A DNA stretch of 63,238 bases, counting the filler, from Octopus bimaculoides (lineage: Eukaryota), in assembly GCF_001194135.2 (NCBI RefSeq). It is 7 parts of 7 records of this genome, joined end to end, with 100 filler letters (N's around TTAATTAATTAA, not from the genome) between each part and the next. Parts side by side here need not be neighbours in the genome. Positions count along the whole stretch, not along the records: positions 38,619 to 40,194 come from NW_026416898.1; positions 40,295 to 42,608 come from NC_068988.1; positions 42,709 to 54,336 come from NC_068997.1; 4 more parts are not named here. One strand, written 5' to 3'. The notes under the pieces were generated by a model, which was not told the DNA's origin, ran no database searches, and saw only the letters and a list, made by a program, of their open reading frames with translations. Of this stretch, positions 39,374 to 52,297 are shown one piece after another. Every line of letters begins with the position of its first letter. Position 1 is the stretch's first letter. The translations under genes and the position numbers were made by a program.

Positions 39374-40193
39374 GAGAGAATGAGAGAAAAGAAGGAGAAA
39401 GAAAGAAATGAAAGAGTGAAAAAGAGGAAAGAAAAGAAGAATGAGAGAGAGAGAGAGAGAATGAGAGAAAAGGGAGAGAAAGAGAGAAAAGAAATGAAAG
39501 AGAGAAAGAGAGGAAAGAAAAGGAGAATGAGAGAGAGAGAGAGAGAGAATGAGAGAAAAGAAGGAGAAAGAAAGAAATGAAAGAGAGGAAAGAAAAGGAG
39601 AATGAGTGAGAGAGAAAAGGGAGAGAAAAGAAGGAGAAAGAAAGAAATGAAAGAGTGATAAAGAGGAAAGAAAAGGAGAATGAGAGAGAAAGAGAGAAAA
39701 GGAGAAAGAAAGAAACAGAGGAAACAAAAGGAGAATGAGAGAGAGAGAGAGAAAGAGAGAAAAGGGTGAGAAATAGAGAAAAGAAGAAAGAAAAAATGAA
39801 AGAGTGAAAAAGAGGAAAGAAAAGGAGAATGAGAAGGAAAGAGAGAAAAGAGAGAGAAATGAAAGAGAGAAAAAGAGGAAAGAAAAGGAGAATGAGAGAG
39901 AGAGAGAAAAGGGAGAGAATGAGAGAAAAGAAGGAGAAAGAAAAGGAGAATGAGAGAGAGAGAGAGAAAAGAAGGAGAAAGAAAGAAATGAAAGAGAAAA
40001 AGAGGAAAGAAAAGGAGAATGAGAGAGAGAGAAAGAAAGAGAGAAAAGGAAGAGAGGAAAGAAAAGGAGAATGAGAGAGAGAGAGAGAGAAAGAGAGAAA
40101 TGAAAGAGTGAAAGAGAGGAAAGAAAAGGAGAATGAGAAAGAGAGAGAGAGAGAGAGAGAATGAAAGAAAAGGAAGAGAAAGAAAGAAATGAA
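38620..40193 (+). repeat. 1.6-kb GA-rich polypurine minisatellite
   Basis: Degenerate units such as GAGAATGAGAGAAAAGAAGGAGAAAGAAAGAAATGAAAGAGTGAAAAAGAGGAAAGAAAAG; very few C on the + strand. Confidence 0.95.
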
Positions 40194-40294
40194 ANNNNNN
40201 NNNNNNNNNNNNNNNNNNNNNNNNNNNNNNNNNNNNNNTTAATTAATTAANNNNNNNNNNNNNNNNNNNNNNNNNNNNNNNNNNNNNNNNNNNN

Positions 40295-40334
<40 letters not shown>

Positions 40335-41457
40335 CATTCAAGTCAGCTTGAATCTTTGCTTGCTTGCAATGTTACCCAGCCAAACTGGCACATAATGAGA
40401 AAATTCACCGAAATTAACTTACTCCTGAAAGGCAGTAACTGTTACCTTTCGATTAGACATAATCACTTGACAACGATATCATTATGATATTAGACAATGG
40501 CTAATATTGTTTTTACGTCACAACCTAGAAATAACAGCAAAATAGTCATTCATTCGCATACAACCATCTTGAACAAAGGACCCATTAAATAATGCAGTTT
40601 TTACATATGGTCACGACCGGAGTGTCGAGTGCTTTTGATCATTTTCTTGCTTGATTAAGACTGAACGCATGCAAGGCCGTTTGGTTAAAACGTTCGCATC
40701 TCAGCCATGAAGTCTAGGGTTCGATCAGACTGATAGACATCTTGAGCAAGTATCTTTACTAGCATCTCGGATCGACTCCTGTTTTGTGAATGAATTTGAG
40801 TAAATGAAAATAGTGTAGTAGCCTAAGAGCTGGATTGAACCTGGAATCCAAGGGTTTGGTTTTGTTATGCTTTGTGTCATGCTGGTTCGGTTTGAGAAAT
40901 ACGTTAAAAAGAATATATGTAGCAGCTCAGATCTCCCTCATTTCTCACGTTGATTTTAACAAGATGGATATTCAATAAATCGGAGAAGTGCAGAGACATC
41001 GTCGACTGTGAGTAATGATCCATGAGGATTGAGCGAGGATTTAAAAACTAGCCAACAACAACAAGAGCAACAACGACAACAGCATCACCAATAACAAACA
41101 CAACAACAAAAACTAAAACAACAACTACGGCAACAACAATAAACAAAAGCAACAAACACGAAAGAAAACAAATAATTAAAAATAAATAATAAAGTAAAAA
41201 AAATATGCGAAATAAGAAATAAAGAGAAGACACTCGAAATCAAACTAAAATCAATAACAATAAAACGACCTACAAAAACAACACACAAACAATAGGCCAT
41301 ACATTTATTATGCGTATAATAACAAAATCAATTGTTCACAGTCTTGGAAATGTCATTCTATTGTCATTAATTCCACGAGAACGTCTTGCCACACGCAGCC
41401 ATTTTTTTCTGTCCCTCCGCCTCTGTCTTTCTGTCTGTTTGCCTGTGTATCTGTCTG

Positions 41458-41490
<33 letters not shown>

Positions 41491-41661
41491 TTCTCTCGTT
41501 CGCTCGCTCGCTTTCACACATTTACACAGGCACACACAAACATACATACACATATAGATTCATACATACACACATTTTTTTTGCTTCATTGTATTCTTCA
41601 AGGACTATCCACAACGAAACCGATCGTCATTTTCTTCACAAGAAAAAGAGAAACAAATACG

Positions 41662-41702
<41 letters not shown>

Positions 41703-41722
41703 GTATTTGTATATATAAATAC

Positions 41723-41788
<66 letters not shown>

Positions 41789-42490
41789 ATATATATATGT
41801 ATATGTATGTATATATATGTGTGTGTGTGTAGTGTATATACAAAAACACATACATACAAGCATAAGTATGTGTACATAAATACTTATATGTGTGCGTGCG
41901 TATGTGTGTGTGTGTGTATACATATATGCATGTATATTTACATATATGTATACGAAATATTGGTTTCCAGTTTTGGCACAAGGCCAGCAATTTCAGGGGA
42001 AAGATAAGTCGATTACATAAACCCCAGTGTTCAACTGGTACTTATTTTATCGACCCCGTAAGGATAAAAGGCAAAGCAGACGTCGGCAGAATTTGAACTC
42101 AGAACGTAACGATGAACAAAACACCGCTAAGCATTTCGCCAAGCGCGGTAACAATTCGGCCAACTCACAGCCTTACGCACACAAAATACTTAAAGACAGA
42201 CGTAATAATATAAACAAAAAGCGATAAGCATAAACACATATATGCGTTCTAATTTCCGCCATGTTACCGTCTCCATTATTAAAACCATTTTATTATTCCT
42301 CAAATTCCTCTGAGCCGTTCATTCTAGTTTCCCATCATTCTCTGAACTAATCGTCATTGTGTCATAGAATCACTGGTTTTACTGTTTCTGTGCCTCAAGG
42401 CGTCCAGTGCTTAATAACTGTGTTGTGTATGTGTTCGGTAAGATCTGCCTGTCTCTCTGTCGGTCTATTTGTATGTATGTCGTACAATCT

Positions 42491-42535
<45 letters not shown>

Positions 42536-42550
42536 ATATATATATATATT

Positions 42551-42608
<58 letters not shown>

Positions 42609-42729
42609 NNNNNNNNNNNNNNNNNNNNNNNNNNNNNNNNNNNNNNNNNNNNTTAATTAATTAANNNNNNNNNNNNNNNNNNNNNNNNNNNNNNNNNNNN
42701 NNNNNNNNTTTCTCCAATCCTTAAATTTT

Positions 42730-42791
<62 letters not shown>

Positions 42792-43381
42792 GCAGGCTTC
42801 TTTCAGTTTCCATCTACCAAATCCACTCATAAGGCTTTGGTCAGCTTAAGGCTATAATAGAAGATATTTGTTCAAGATGCCACACGGTGGAACTGAACCT
42901 GGAACCAGGTGGTTGGGAACCAAACTTCTTACCACACAGCCTCACCTGCACCTTAGTTTCATTATTTTTTAAATTTCAAAATATTCTGCGAAATACATAT
43001 TTTACTGGCATGCATTGAGAGTTGGGACCCAACTAGAGATATGTTTAATACCTGTTTAATACCAGTTAAATACCAGTTAATAGCAACACAGCTTAGGGAA
43101 TTTTTTCTTACCTCAACAAGTGGAAAAAGAAGTTTCTGAATCCACTTACCAAATATGTGACCTACTTTCCCCTCACTTTGTCTATACATGCTAAGCCTAA
43201 CAGATTTTTTTTTCCTTTCTGTATGTGTTCATTCAAATGGATTCTAGTGATACATGACTGATATTGAAAGATTTTACAGCTGAGACAGTGTAAGCTTTCT
43301 ATCAAGCATTGATCATAACAACTATATGTATTCAACTGGTTTGTTTCTGTCTCCATTCTCATTTAAAAGACTCTTACTTAA

Positions 43382-43603
43382 CCCCTTAGCATTCAGATTA
43401 TTTTGTTAACTGTAATACATATTTATTTTCATTGTTTTGAATTAATCATGCATTATCTCATAGATTTGAGATTTCAATGATGTGACTGTTTGCTTTTGGA
43501 ATGACACTGTAGTGTAGGTGTGAGAGAGGCTGGATCTGCCTGGTTTGAACATACAACACGAGGAGGATTTGGGCCCGATATGGTTGGCTTAAATGCTAAA
43601 GGG
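43382..43603. mobile_element. piggyBac-type MITE (222 bp)
   Basis: TTAA at 43378-43381 and 43604-43607; TIR CCCCTTAGCATT / AATGCTAAAGGG; internal fragment also at about 59820-59890. Confidence 0.85.
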
Positions 43604-43629
43604 TTAATAGAACTGTGTATATACCATAG

Positions 43630-43860
43630 TTGAAGGCATGTGGCCTTGTGATTAGAGTGTCATACTCATAATCGTAAAACCATGGTTTCACTTCCTGGAC
43701 TCAGTGGGGTTTTGTGGTTTTGATACAAAAACCCCACTCCATTTCATATTGCTCCAGTCCACTCAACGGGAAGTTAACTCTGCAATGGACTAGCATCCTG
43801 TTCATGGGGAGTGTTGTAATCTCAGTTACTTATATGCTATGGAAAATGGTTGCAACACCA
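43630..43860 (+). mobile_element. tRNA-headed SINE family D (also about 50575-50790)
   Basis: GGCATGTGGCCTTGTGATTAG..GGTTTCACTTCCTGGAC..TTGCTCCAGTCCACTCA. Confidence 0.7.
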
Positions 43861-44030
43861 GTCTTATGACTCCTACATACCATGATATTCTTCTCTCTCT
43901 GTCTCTCCTCTGTCTCTCTCCTCACTTTCTTCTCTCCCCCTCTAACCCCTCTCATTGGATCAGGGTCAATAAATATAATACCAGTTCAATACTATGGTTG
44001 ACTCTTCTCTCTCTCCCCTTCTCTCTCTCC

Positions 44031-44064
<34 letters not shown>

Positions 44065-44661
44065 TATCCATCTTCTTTCCTTAATTCATGTTTAAATATT
44101 TATGTTATTTAATACATACCATTCAATTTAATAAGATGCTAATCAATCGAAAGATTATTTTGCCTTGAAGAAACTATTCTTAACGTAATTCTAAACGTAC
44201 CAACCTCTTTGAGAAAACAGTAGAAATTACACAGCATCTTGTAGTATTATGAAGTCTTTCTCTCAAAGTAACACCTCCTTTGTCATTCCTCATTTAAAAT
44301 TCTTTACCATTGTTTCCTATTTGATATCATTCACATCCAAAGCGTGTATCACACTCTGCTAAATATCATTTAAAATCCACAAGCTTCCGCTGTTTGTATT
44401 ATTTTTGGATAATGATTAAAGGGGACTTTTTGAAATTACCATTCCATTACCTGAATTAGTCTGCTGCAGGCACTACTACTTAATGAGTTTACTTTCAGAC
44501 TTTCTGTGCAAAGAAAGATAGAACAGCTTTTGAAGTCTGAAGTCACACATTTTCTGATAACCTTTACATTAACTCTAGATGCTAGCAAGTTGAATTATTT
44601 GCTAGGGAGGGTTGGTTTAGCTGTCAAAAGTGGCTTGAAGCCTAAGACGTTTTAATCTTTT

Positions 44662-44692
<31 letters not shown>

Positions 44693-44948
44693 ATTTATTT
44701 TTATCATTCAATGAAGTGTATATTTATGAAGGATTTTAATTGGCAACTGGCTAAACTAATTTCCACAGAGTCGCAACCTTCAGGAATCTGCAAAGCTCAT
44801 ATGTCTAATGACTTTCTAGTTCTGTCAGGTTGACAAAATCCTATTAAAAAACTAATTTATAGTCTTTTCATGTTTATTGATATCTGGGGAAGTTAATTAG
44901 AAAGAAACGAATGTATTACCTTATATAGTTGTGTAAACATTCAATCTT

Positions 44949-45004
<56 letters not shown>

Positions 45005-45027
45005 CATTATTATTATTATTATTGTTG

Positions 45028-45098
<71 letters not shown>

Positions 45099-45927
45099 TA
45101 TTCATTATTATTATTATCTTTTTTTTTTTGAAGATGAAGTTAATGAGTTAGTTTATAAATGTATAATATTTTCAGGAGAATGAAATCTTTACATAACAGC
45201 AAGAAGATTTTCAAACAGAGAAGAGATAATTGGCAAAAAAGAAGAAAAAAAAGGGGGGGGGGTTTAAAAAAAAATGAAAAAATGTAATTTGCTTTTGTTT
45301 GCATGTTTCTGTTGTTGTTGTTATTGTTTATATCCCTTCACTTATTTCTAATTCCCTTTAGCAGGTGCATAAATATTTCTTAACTACATATAATTTGTTT
45401 GTGTATAATTTTCAATACACTGCAATGAAAATATATCATTTATGTCTTTGTGTATAAGGCTGTGTCATAAGAATTATTATTTTTCTTTATGTTTTGACTA
45501 TTTAGGAGTGATATTAAACACTTGCTTACATGCATATATGCATACACATGTATACACACATATATACACATACGCACAAACGCACATGCATGCATGCATG
45601 CATTGCTGGGTAGAGACACAGGGCAAGCACTTACACACACATAAATAGACACAAACATGCGTAAATATAACTATTTTTGATTTTACTTGGTATTCAAAGT
45701 ACATCCATTATCAATGTTTTAAAAATATTTTAATAACTTCTTTCATATAAAGATAATGCTTCAAATTTATAGGGGGTGAGTGGGTGGGGGTTCAGTATGG
45801 AGATTAGATGGTGTTCATGCACAATTCCCAAATAAATTAATGTCGTGAACGAAGTGAAGTCGTTACATCTGGGAATTAAAACTCAGTCAAGAGACAGTCT
45901 TGGCACTTCTACATTGTTCATTACGCG

Positions 45928-45971
<44 letters not shown>

Positions 45972-46393
45972 CTTTCCTTTTGTTCTATTGTAGCTGTTGA
46001 TGTGAAGCATCAGATCTTTGAACCTTGTTAATATCAACCCCCACTGGGACTACTTATATTTTAGTGTTCATATTTAAATAGATATATCAATCAAAATCTC
46101 ATTCCAACATCCTCCTCCCCCTCCTCCTCCTCCTCCTCATCATTTAATGCCTGTTTTTCCATGCTGGCATGGGTTGGATGGTTTGACAGGAGCTGGCAAG
46201 CCAGAGGGCTGCATCAGGCTCCAGTCGTCTGTTTTGGCATGGTTTCTATGCCAACCACTTTGCAAAGTACACTAAGTGCTTTTTATGTGGTGCCAGCATT
46301 CCTGCTTTCTATCTGATACCAGTACAGGTGCTCTTTATATGGTACCAACACTAATGCTTTTTAAATGGCAATAATGTAAGATTCCAGGATTCC

Positions 46394-46567
46394 ACAGTTC
46401 TATATTTAAGAGATGAAGAATTATGTACATTATTTACATTTTACGATTGTTTGTCCTCATCTTGTTTGTTGCTAACACAATGTTTCAGCTGACATACCCT
46501 CCAGCCTTCATCAGGTGTCTTGAGGGAAATTTCGAAACTGGGTTCTCATTCCTGAGGTATTTTTCGA

Positions 46568-46630
<63 letters not shown>

Positions 46631-46705
46631 TACTACTACTATTATTCAGGTCACTACTTGGAATCAAACTTGGAATCTTGGGGTTAGTAGCCTGTGCTCT
46701 TAACC
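46394..46705 (-). mobile_element. Short element: tRNA-like head fragment, (AAT)n, spacer, hammerhead, defined 3' tail
   Basis: Head GGTTAAGAGCACAGGCTACTAACCCCAAGATTCCAAGTTTGATTCC; inverted partial copy from 46707; the terminal 41 nt recur at 61963-62003 with 2 mismatches. Confidence 0.7.
46476..46517 (-). ncRNA. Minimal hammerhead ribozyme core
   Basis: CAC-CTGATGA-A-GGCTG(gagggtatgt)CAGCT-GAAAC-ATT-GTG: stem I CAC/GTG, stem II GGCUG/CAGCU, near-absent stem III as in minimal Penelope hammerheads. Confidence 0.65.
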
Positions 46706-47120
46706 TCAAGATTCCGAATTCGATTCCAGGCAGTGGCCTGAATAATAATAATAATAATAATAATAACATTNNNNNNNNNNNNNNNNNNNNNNNNNNNNNN
46801 NNNNNNNNNNNNNNNNNNNNNNNNNNNNNNNNNNNNNNNNNNNNNNNNNNNNNNNNNNNNNNNNNNNNNNNNNNNNNNNNNNNNNNNNNNNNNNNNNNNN
46901 NNNNNNNNNNNNNNNNNNNNNNNNNNNNNNNNNNNNNNNNNNNNNNNNNNNNNNNNNNNNNNNNNNNNNNNNNNNNNNNNNNNNNNNNNNNNNNNNNNNN
47001 NNNNNNNNNNNNNNNNNNNNNNNNNNNNNNNNNNNNNNNNNNNNNNNNNNNNNNNNNNNNNNNNNNNNNNNNNNNNNNNNNNNNNNNNNNNNNNNNNNNN
47101 NNNNNNNNNNNNNNNNNNNN

Positions 47121-47458
47121 TTGAGCATGGCCGTTGCCAGTACCACCTGACTGGCCTTCGTAGGATTTTCGAGCGAGATCGTTGCCAGTGCCCCTGGACT
47201 GGCTTGTGTGGGTGGCACATAAAAGACACCATTTCGAGTGTGGCCGTTGCCAGTATCGCCTGACTGGCCTTCGTGCAGGTGACACGTAAAAGCACCTACT
47301 ACACTCTCTGAGTGGTTGGCGTTAGGAAGGGCATCCAGCTGTAGAAACTCTGCCAAATTTAGATTGGAGCCTGGTGTTGCCATCCGGTTTCACCAGTCCT
47401 CAGTCAAATCGTCCAACCCATGCTAGCATGGAAAGCGGATGTTAAACGATGATGATGA
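47121..47458 (+). mobile_element. RTE 3' UTR and tail (a further minus-strand tail at about 46125-46360)
   Basis: Same tandem units and GGTTGGCGTTAGGAAGGGCATCCAGCTGTAGAAAC..GTTAAACGATGATG end as at 13700-14095. Confidence 0.92.
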
Positions 47459-47911
47459 CATCCATGGTCCATTAATTAGGAATATAATCATAACAGAGTT
47501 AATTAGGATTGAATGATCTGAATTCTAACCTCAATCATAATGTTGGAAGAATCACTTCCCAGTATTTGTTCTGGTTGTTTATATTCTGAGTTCAAATACT
47601 ATTGAGGTTAATTTTGCCTTTTGTACTTTTGTGATCGATAAAAAAAAAAGGACTGGTCGTGTACTCAGATCATTGTAACTCGCTAACCCCAAATCCCCAT
47701 GTAGTCACTGAACTTGTTAGAAGCAGCAGACATGTCTTCTCAAAATGTACACTTCCATCTTTAAAGAAACAAGGCTTCATTCAGTTAGTATTCTTGAAAA
47801 TAAAACGTGATGGTCATTATATGTCTGCCAGATCAGAGTTAACATAGAAGCAACAACAGTAACAACTATAGCAAAAACTACACTAGTGAATCAATGTGGT
47901 GGCCTCTACAT

Positions 47912-48444
47912 CAGGGGTGAGGAAACTTTTTTTAGTGCAGTGGGCAAAAATTTCCAAAGGAAAAGGTCCACAGGCGGGTCACAAGTTCTAACTCTTATAT
48001 CTGTGTAAATCCTGTATATATCTATATATAATTCGATATACATTAATAATGATAAATTTAACACATTAAATTAACGCATAACATCTTCGTTAACGCTGCC
48101 ACTGAATTGAGGATGTTTATATCACTTATGCGGTATTCTATATTTTTCAGCTAGAGTGTAGTTGAGTCTCAAGGGGGTGGTACAAACCTGGCAATATGTG
48201 TTTTAGAGTGAAAACAAAATTTCCATTGAAATGGAAATTACTGGACGATTTTCTGTTCGAGTCTAAATGTTTTAAGTCATAGTGGAAACATGACCTATGT
48301 CACAAACAGGCAGACGAATATTGTATAGATTTTATAATTGAAAAATTTACTTATTTTGTACATACAAGTATATCAGCCTGCAGGCACAATAAAATGGGCT
48401 CACGGGCACAATTATGCCCACGGGCGGGGTTTTCCCCACCCCTG
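47912..48444. mobile_element. hAT (Charlie-like) non-autonomous element
   Basis: Perfect 8-bp TSD CTCTACAT (47904-47911 and 48445-48452); TIR CAGGGGTGAGGAAAC / GTTTTCCCCACCCCTG. Confidence 0.93.
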
Positions 48445-49032
48445 CTCTACATGGTTGTTCAAACTGCTTAATGTAATGTAAAATAAAAAGACTTCCTCAA
48501 ATCTTCCATTTTCATACCAATCCACTCAAGACCACCTCTATTTTTGTCATATAAAAATACACACATCCTTAAGTGTCCCTTTTGAAACATCAAATGCAAT
48601 GAGCTTCCACACAGTTTCCATCTACCAAATTCACTCACAAGTCGTTGGCCAGTCTGGGGCTACTTTAGGAGACACTTACTTGCTCAAGGACTGAACCGGA
48701 AACCACATGATAGCAAAGCAAACTCCTTCACCACCCAACTGTGGCCTCCAGAAGCTTATTTCAGACGAAACAGCAAATAGGTATGATTACAAGCAGAGGA
48801 TAATCCTTCTCAATCCACTCCTTCCCTGACCATCCCCACTACCATTCCTCCGCTCCATAAACTGGAAGCTAAGGTCAGGGAGGTCACACGTAAATCCTTA
48901 TAATGTCTCACTTACTCAGGAGCAGAAAGTAATTTCCCCAGAAACATCCAAACGAACACCATGTAAACGTGAAGATAGATATTGGATCTCTCACTCTCTC
49001 TCTCTCTCTTGCTCTCTCTCTCTCTCTCTCTT

Positions 49033-49073
<41 letters not shown>

Positions 49074-49860
49074 ATATCATATGTATCATATATATATCAT
49101 ATATACATTTCCTGATATCTCTAAGTCATCTTGCAAAGGTAATTTCCTTTTTGCAAGCCAGCTTGCAAGGGGGATGGTAACAGTGGCAGTGATGCTGGTG
49201 GTNNNNNNNNNNNNNNNNNNNNNNNNNNNNNNNNNNNNNNNNNNNNNNNNNNNNNNNNNNNNNNNNNNNNNNNNNNNNNNNNNNNNNNNNNNNNNNNNNN
49301 NNNNNNNNNNNNNNNNNNNNNNNNNNNNNNNNNNNNNNNNNNNNNNNNNNNNNNNNNNNNNNNNNNNNNNNNNNNNNNNNNNNNNNNNNNNNNNNNNNNN
49401 NNNNNNNNNNNNNNNNNNNNNNNNNNNNNNNNNNNNNNNNNNNNNNNNNNNNNNNNNNNNNNNNNNNNNNNNNNNNNNNNNNNNNNNNNNNNNNNNNNNN
49501 NNNNNNNNNNNNNNNNNNNNNNNNNNNNNNNNNNNNNNNNNNNNNNNNNNNNNNNNNNNNNNNNNNNNNNNNNNNNNNNNNNNNNNNNNNNNNNNNNNNN
49601 NNNNNNNNNNNNNNNNNNNNNNNNNNNNNNNNNNNNNNNNNNNNNNNNNNNNNNNNNNNNNNNNNNNNNNNNNNNNNNNNNAATGTTTATTTTCATTTTT
49701 TTTCTCTTGGGAAAAAAACAACAACAACAACAAAATTAAATAAAGAAAGAGAGAAACAAGTAAAACTAAACAGCTGTCATTTTAAGCATTTTTCTTTTAA
49801 GGTCTTCAACAGCTTGCTGCAGTAGTTTGTGTTAATAATAATAATAATGATAATATTATT

Positions 49861-49903
<43 letters not shown>

Positions 49904-50321
49904 GTAATAATAATGAATAAGTGAAGGAAAACTAAATGAAAATCAAAAAAACTCTGAAAGACCTAAGCGTACATGATTGATATGCAAGGGTAATCAAAAT
50001 ACATTGCCAGGGGCCAATAAAACTGAATTTATCACCTTTATGAAATGGAAGCATGTTGATAAGGAAACTGTACCTATGACCTCCCAACAAATTTCAATTA
50101 TTGAATGTTGCACTAAAATATTATGTTTTATTCTTGCAAAAACAAACAGCACCCCCACCCCCAACTTTTTGGAAAGACAAACAAAAAGTAAAAAAAACAA
50201 AAAAAACACAGGGGAAACAAACCTGTTCAATTGTATTGTTAAAACCTTTTACTGAAAAGGGACAAAGTAACACACATGCACACACACAAACACACACATA
50301 AATATATGTATGTATGTGTGT

Positions 50322-50353
<32 letters not shown>

Positions 50354-50443
50354 ATTGACACACACACATGTATACACATACATGTATATACATACATGCA
50401 TATATATGTGTATATATGTATATGTATATATACGCATATGTAA

Positions 50444-50484
<41 letters not shown>

Positions 50485-50495
50485 TNNNNNNNNNN

Positions 50496-50537
<42 letters not shown>

Positions 50538-50806
50538 GACATGCATATGTGTATATTAGTGGTGGTGTGTAGGTTACCGCTAAAGAAGGGTGTTGCATTC
50601 ATATCACAATATAATGGTTGTAGTTCCTGAACCAGGCGATGCATTGAGTTCTTGAGCCAGATACTTCATTTTATATTACTCCATTCCACTCAGCAGGCAA
50701 AAATGTCATCTTGCGATGAGCTGGCTTCCCATCCAGGGGAAAAATATATACACCACAGAATACAGAAAGCTACCCTTATGAGAAGAACCTTCGATCTTTT
50801 GATATA

Positions 50807-50849
<43 letters not shown>

Positions 50850-51649
50850 ATATATATATATATATAGTTAATGGTTTGCAGCCGTTTACTCAATATGAGG
50901 AAATTGGACATCGACTTTGTATACCTTTATCTACCTCTGAAGAGATTCAGCTTTCAAATAATTTTTAATTTAATTAATTAATTTTCTGAGAGCCTGAATT
51001 GAAATAGCTGTAAGGGATGTTTGTAAATTTATTAATTAATAAATAATAATTTTACCTTTGTATTCTCTCATCTTATAATATATATATATATATATNNNNN
51101 NNNNNNNNNNNNNNNNNNNNNNNNNNNNNNNNNNNNNNNNNNNNNNNNNNNNNNNNNNNNNNNNNNNNNNNNNNNNNNNNNNNNNNNNNNNNNNNNNNNN
51201 NNNNNNNNNNNNNNNNNNNNNNNNNNNNNNNNNNNNNNNNNNNNNNNNNNNNNNNNNNNNNNNNNNNNNNNNNNNNNNNNNNNNNNNNNNNNNNNNNNNN
51301 NNNNNNNNNNNNNNNNNNNNNNNNNNNNNNNNNNNNNNNNNNNNNNNNNNNNNNNNNNNNNNNNNNNNNNNNNNNNNNNNNNNNNNNNNNNNNNNNNNNN
51401 NNNNNNNNNNNNNNNNNNNNNNNNNNNNNNNNNNNNNNNNNNNNNNNNNNNNNNNNNNNNNNNNNNNNNNNNNNNNNNNNNNNNNNNNNNNNNNNNNNNN
51501 NNNNNNNNNNNNNNNNNNNNNNNNNNNNNNNNNNNNNNNNNNNNNNNNNNNNNNNNNNNNNNNNNNATATATAAGCAATAATAAATCTCTGAATGATGTA
51601 TAAACAGTAGCTGCACGACAACGTGAAGTATATTTGCCACTTAAATGCC

Positions 51650-51990
51650 ACTAAGGGTGAATGCTACTGTAGCTTGTAGCCCCAGGAGAACACCTTCTCC
51701 AGCTGGCTATTGACACACTTTCTGTGCCCTATCAGTTATTACGTGTGTGTGTGTTACTGTCTCCTTGGCTTGACGTTATGTGATAGTTGTAAACGAGTAT
51801 CACTGTCATGCAAGTGGTGTCCCTCATTTCTAATCTTCTGTGAAAACATGTCTGGTCACAGAGGAATATTACCTAACTTGGAATCGAATAAGAGCTAGCA
51901 GCAGGAAAGGCATCCAGCTGCAGAAAATCTGCCTCAACAAAATTTCATCCGATCTATGCAAGCATGAAAAAGACGACATTGATATGATGA
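51650..51990 (+). mobile_element. Non-autonomous retroposon with RTE-like 3' tail
   Basis: Ends GGAAAGGCATCCAGCTGCAGAAAATCTGCC..(GAT)n like the RTE; upstream part unrelated to the RTE ORF. Confidence 0.65.
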
Positions 51991-52026
51991 TGATGATCAT
52001 CATCATGATGGTGGTGGTGGTGGTGG

Positions 52027-52060
<34 letters not shown>

Positions 52061-52257
52061 GGTAGCGATGATAATGATGATGGTGTTAGTGTTGATTTAT
52101 TGTTTTGTGCGAAGCCTTTTGTTTTCTTCTTTATGAAGTTTTTAATAATGTATTCATTTTCTCCATAGTTAGTATGCATTTAATTCCTATGATATAATTT
52201 GTGTGCTTTGTGTATTTTTAATAGGTTCAGTGTATTCGTTGTGATGTCATTTTATTG

Positions 52258-52297
<40 letters not shown>

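Noticed and set aside
39040-40074. K/E/R-rich ORFs resembling coiled-coil proteins
   Set aside because: Stop-free only because the tract lacks most pyrimidines; no splice or homology support.
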